Assembly: GCA_045576855.1 (NCBI GenBank)
Contig: JAZNHG010000035.1
Location: forward strand, 1,855-65,854
DNA length: 64,000 bases
Direction: 5' to 3'
Source: Bacteroidales bacterium
GTDB taxonomy: Bacteria; Bacteroidota; Bacteroidia; Bacteroidales; P3
Shown: in pieces, positions 62,708 through 64,000 of the stretch
How the letters are laid out: each line of letters opens with the position of its first letter
Position numbering within the stretch: the stretch's first letter is position 1
Program-made: the position numbers and the translations under genes
Notes under the pieces: model-generated
Told to the model about the DNA's origin: nothing
What the model saw: the letters and a program-made list of their open reading frames with translations, nothing else
Database searches by the model: none

Positions 62708-63790
62708 TTGAAAAGGATCGACAGTTACATCTTAGCCAAGTACCTCAAGACCTTCTTGTTGGCCTTGGCTTTGATTATTGTCATCGTCATCACCTTCGAC
62801 GTCAGCGAAAAGCTGGACAAGTTCATCTCCCACCATGCCACGCTGGGACAGGTGGTATTCGACTACTACCTCAACTTCATACCCGGCTTCGTCAATCTCT
62901 ATTCGCCACTCTTCATCTTCATCTCCGTGCTCTTCTTCACCTCCAAGATGGCTGGCAACACGGAGATTATAGCCATCCTCGGGTCGGGCATCAGCTACCG
63001 CCGTTTGCTGCGACCCTACACCTACGGCTCCGTCCTCGTGGCCCTCACGGTGCTGCTGCTGGGCAACTTCGTCATCCCGGTCTCCAACCGGCACCTGATC
63101 GACTTCGAGGAGCAGTACGTCAAATCCAAAGCCACCAGCTACTACAGCAACCTGCACTTCCAATCCGAGCCCGGCGTGCAGGTCTATGCCGAAAGCTACG
63201 ACGTGAAGAAAGCCCGCGCCGTCAAGTTCTGCCGCGAAGCGCTGAAGCCCGATGGTAGCCTCACCCGCCGCGAGACCGCCGACATCATCCTCTACGACAG
63301 CGCCTCCAGCAGCTGGCGCTGCATAGGCTACACCCTGCGCACCATCGACGACCAGGGCCGCGAGCACCTGGAGCGCCAGAGCCACTACAACGCCGACTTC
63401 GGCATCGAGCCCGACGACTTCGACCTGCTCTCCAAGCGCATCGAGACCATGACCACGCCACAGCTGCTGCGCCACATCGAGCGCGAACGCATACGCGGCA
63501 CCGGCACCGTCAAGGAAGCTCTCATCGAGCTCTACCAGCGCCTGCTCAACCCGCTGGCCATCGTGGTCATGACCTTCATCGGCGTAGCCATAGCCTCGCG
63601 CAAGACCCGCGGCGGCATCGGAATGCATCTGGCCATCGGCATCACCCTGGCCTTCGGATTCATCGTCTTCATGAAAATCACAACCGTCTTTTCCACCGGC
63701 GGCAACCTCTCGCCCTTCATGGCCGTGCTGCTCCCGCAGCTCGTCTTCGGCATCGCCGCCGCCTACCTCATTCACAAAGCATCCAAATGA
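62708..63790 (+). CDS. LptF/LptG-family LPS export permease
   Basis: 360 aa. The N-terminus (L)KRIDSYILAKYLKTFLLAL is typical of YjgP/YjgQ permeases, and there are six TM segments. The start appears to be TTG. Confidence 0.8.
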   Translation: MKRIDSYILAKYLKTFLLALALIIVIVITFDVSEKLDKFISHHATLGQVVFDYYLNFIPGFVNLYSPLFIFISVLFFTSKMAGNTEIIAILGSGISYRRLLRPYTYGSVLVALTVLLLGNFVIPVSNRHLIDFEEQYVKSKATSYYSNLHFQSEPGVQVYAESYDVKKARAVKFCREALKPDGSLTRRETADIILYDSASSSWRCIGYTLRTIDDQGREHLERQSHYNADFGIEPDDFDLLSKRIETMTTPQLLRHIERERIRGTGTVKEALIELYQRLLNPLAIVVMTFIGVAIASRKTRGGIGMHLAIGITLAFGFIVFMKITTVFSTGGNLSPFMAVLLPQLVFGIAAAYLIHKASK

Positions 63791-64000
63791 CAATACAGGA
63801 AACATCACAACAAATCATCGACGAATTCGCCAACTTCGACGAATGGCTCGACCGCTACGCCTATCTTATCGACCTCGGACGCGACTGCCCCGCCATCGAC
63901 GAGCACGACAAAACCGAGCAGAACCTCATACGCGGATGCCAAAGCCGCGTATGGCTCGCCTGCTCCTGCGACGACCACGGACATCTGCACTTCCGCGCCG
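63787..64000 (+). CDS. SufE-like sulfur acceptor protein; 3' end lies outside the window
   Basis: ATG 63787 (ATGA overlap with the permease stop). MTIQETSQQIIDEF..F..W.DRY.YLIDLG........E..K.E.NLI.GCQS.VWL. The frame is open to the window edge. Confidence 0.7.
   Translation, partial: MTIQETSQQIIDEFANFDEWLDRYAYLIDLGRDCPAIDEHDKTEQNLIRGCQSRVWLACSCDDHGHLHFRA

Overview
The window is about 64 kb of chromosome from a relatively GC-rich member of the Bacteroidota, probably Bacteroidales-like. The evidence for this placement is T9SS C-terminal sorting domains, CarboxypepD_reg-type TonB-dependent receptors, DUF4249, BlaR1::TonB fusions, TAnnTTTG -7 promoter boxes and the absence of Shine-Dalgarno sites.

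The content is mostly housekeeping and envelope genes:
- Core metabolism and repair: coaBC (partial), uvrA, mutS, lspA, luxS-mtnN, hydG with a TM1266-like regulator, rpsF-rpsR-rplI, an ABC-F ATPase, tonB, a UvrD/AddA-like helicase-nuclease, the methylmalonyl-CoA mutase small subunit, an LptF/G permease, and SufE (partial).
- Eight tRNA genes.
- Three predicted T9SS cargo proteins: a roughly 2720-aa modular surface protein, a C10 protease, and a BspA-type LRR protein.
- Two TonB-dependent receptors.
- A BlaI / BlaR1::TonB / LRR-lipoprotein operon.

I saw no transposase, integrase, CRISPR array, prophage or recognisable defence system.

Three things stand out:
1. Nearly every sizeable non-coding gap carries short tandem arrays with only two periods, 7 bp and 11 bp. 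Their unit sequences are related to one another. They often occur as inverted pairs and are sometimes part of dispersed composite elements of about 200-370 bp. Several of these arrays sit between cistrons of apparent operons.
2. A 23S-IVS/Avd-like four-helix-bundle gene is bracketed by inverted heptamer arrays that can form a perfect 26-bp stem around the whole ORF.
3. An OmpR-type response regulator and a sensor-less histidine kinase are separated by, and apparently co-transcribed with, the giant T9SS protein gene.

All coordinates and repeat counts were read by hand. Starts, domain boundaries and family assignments rest on motif recognition, not on searches.
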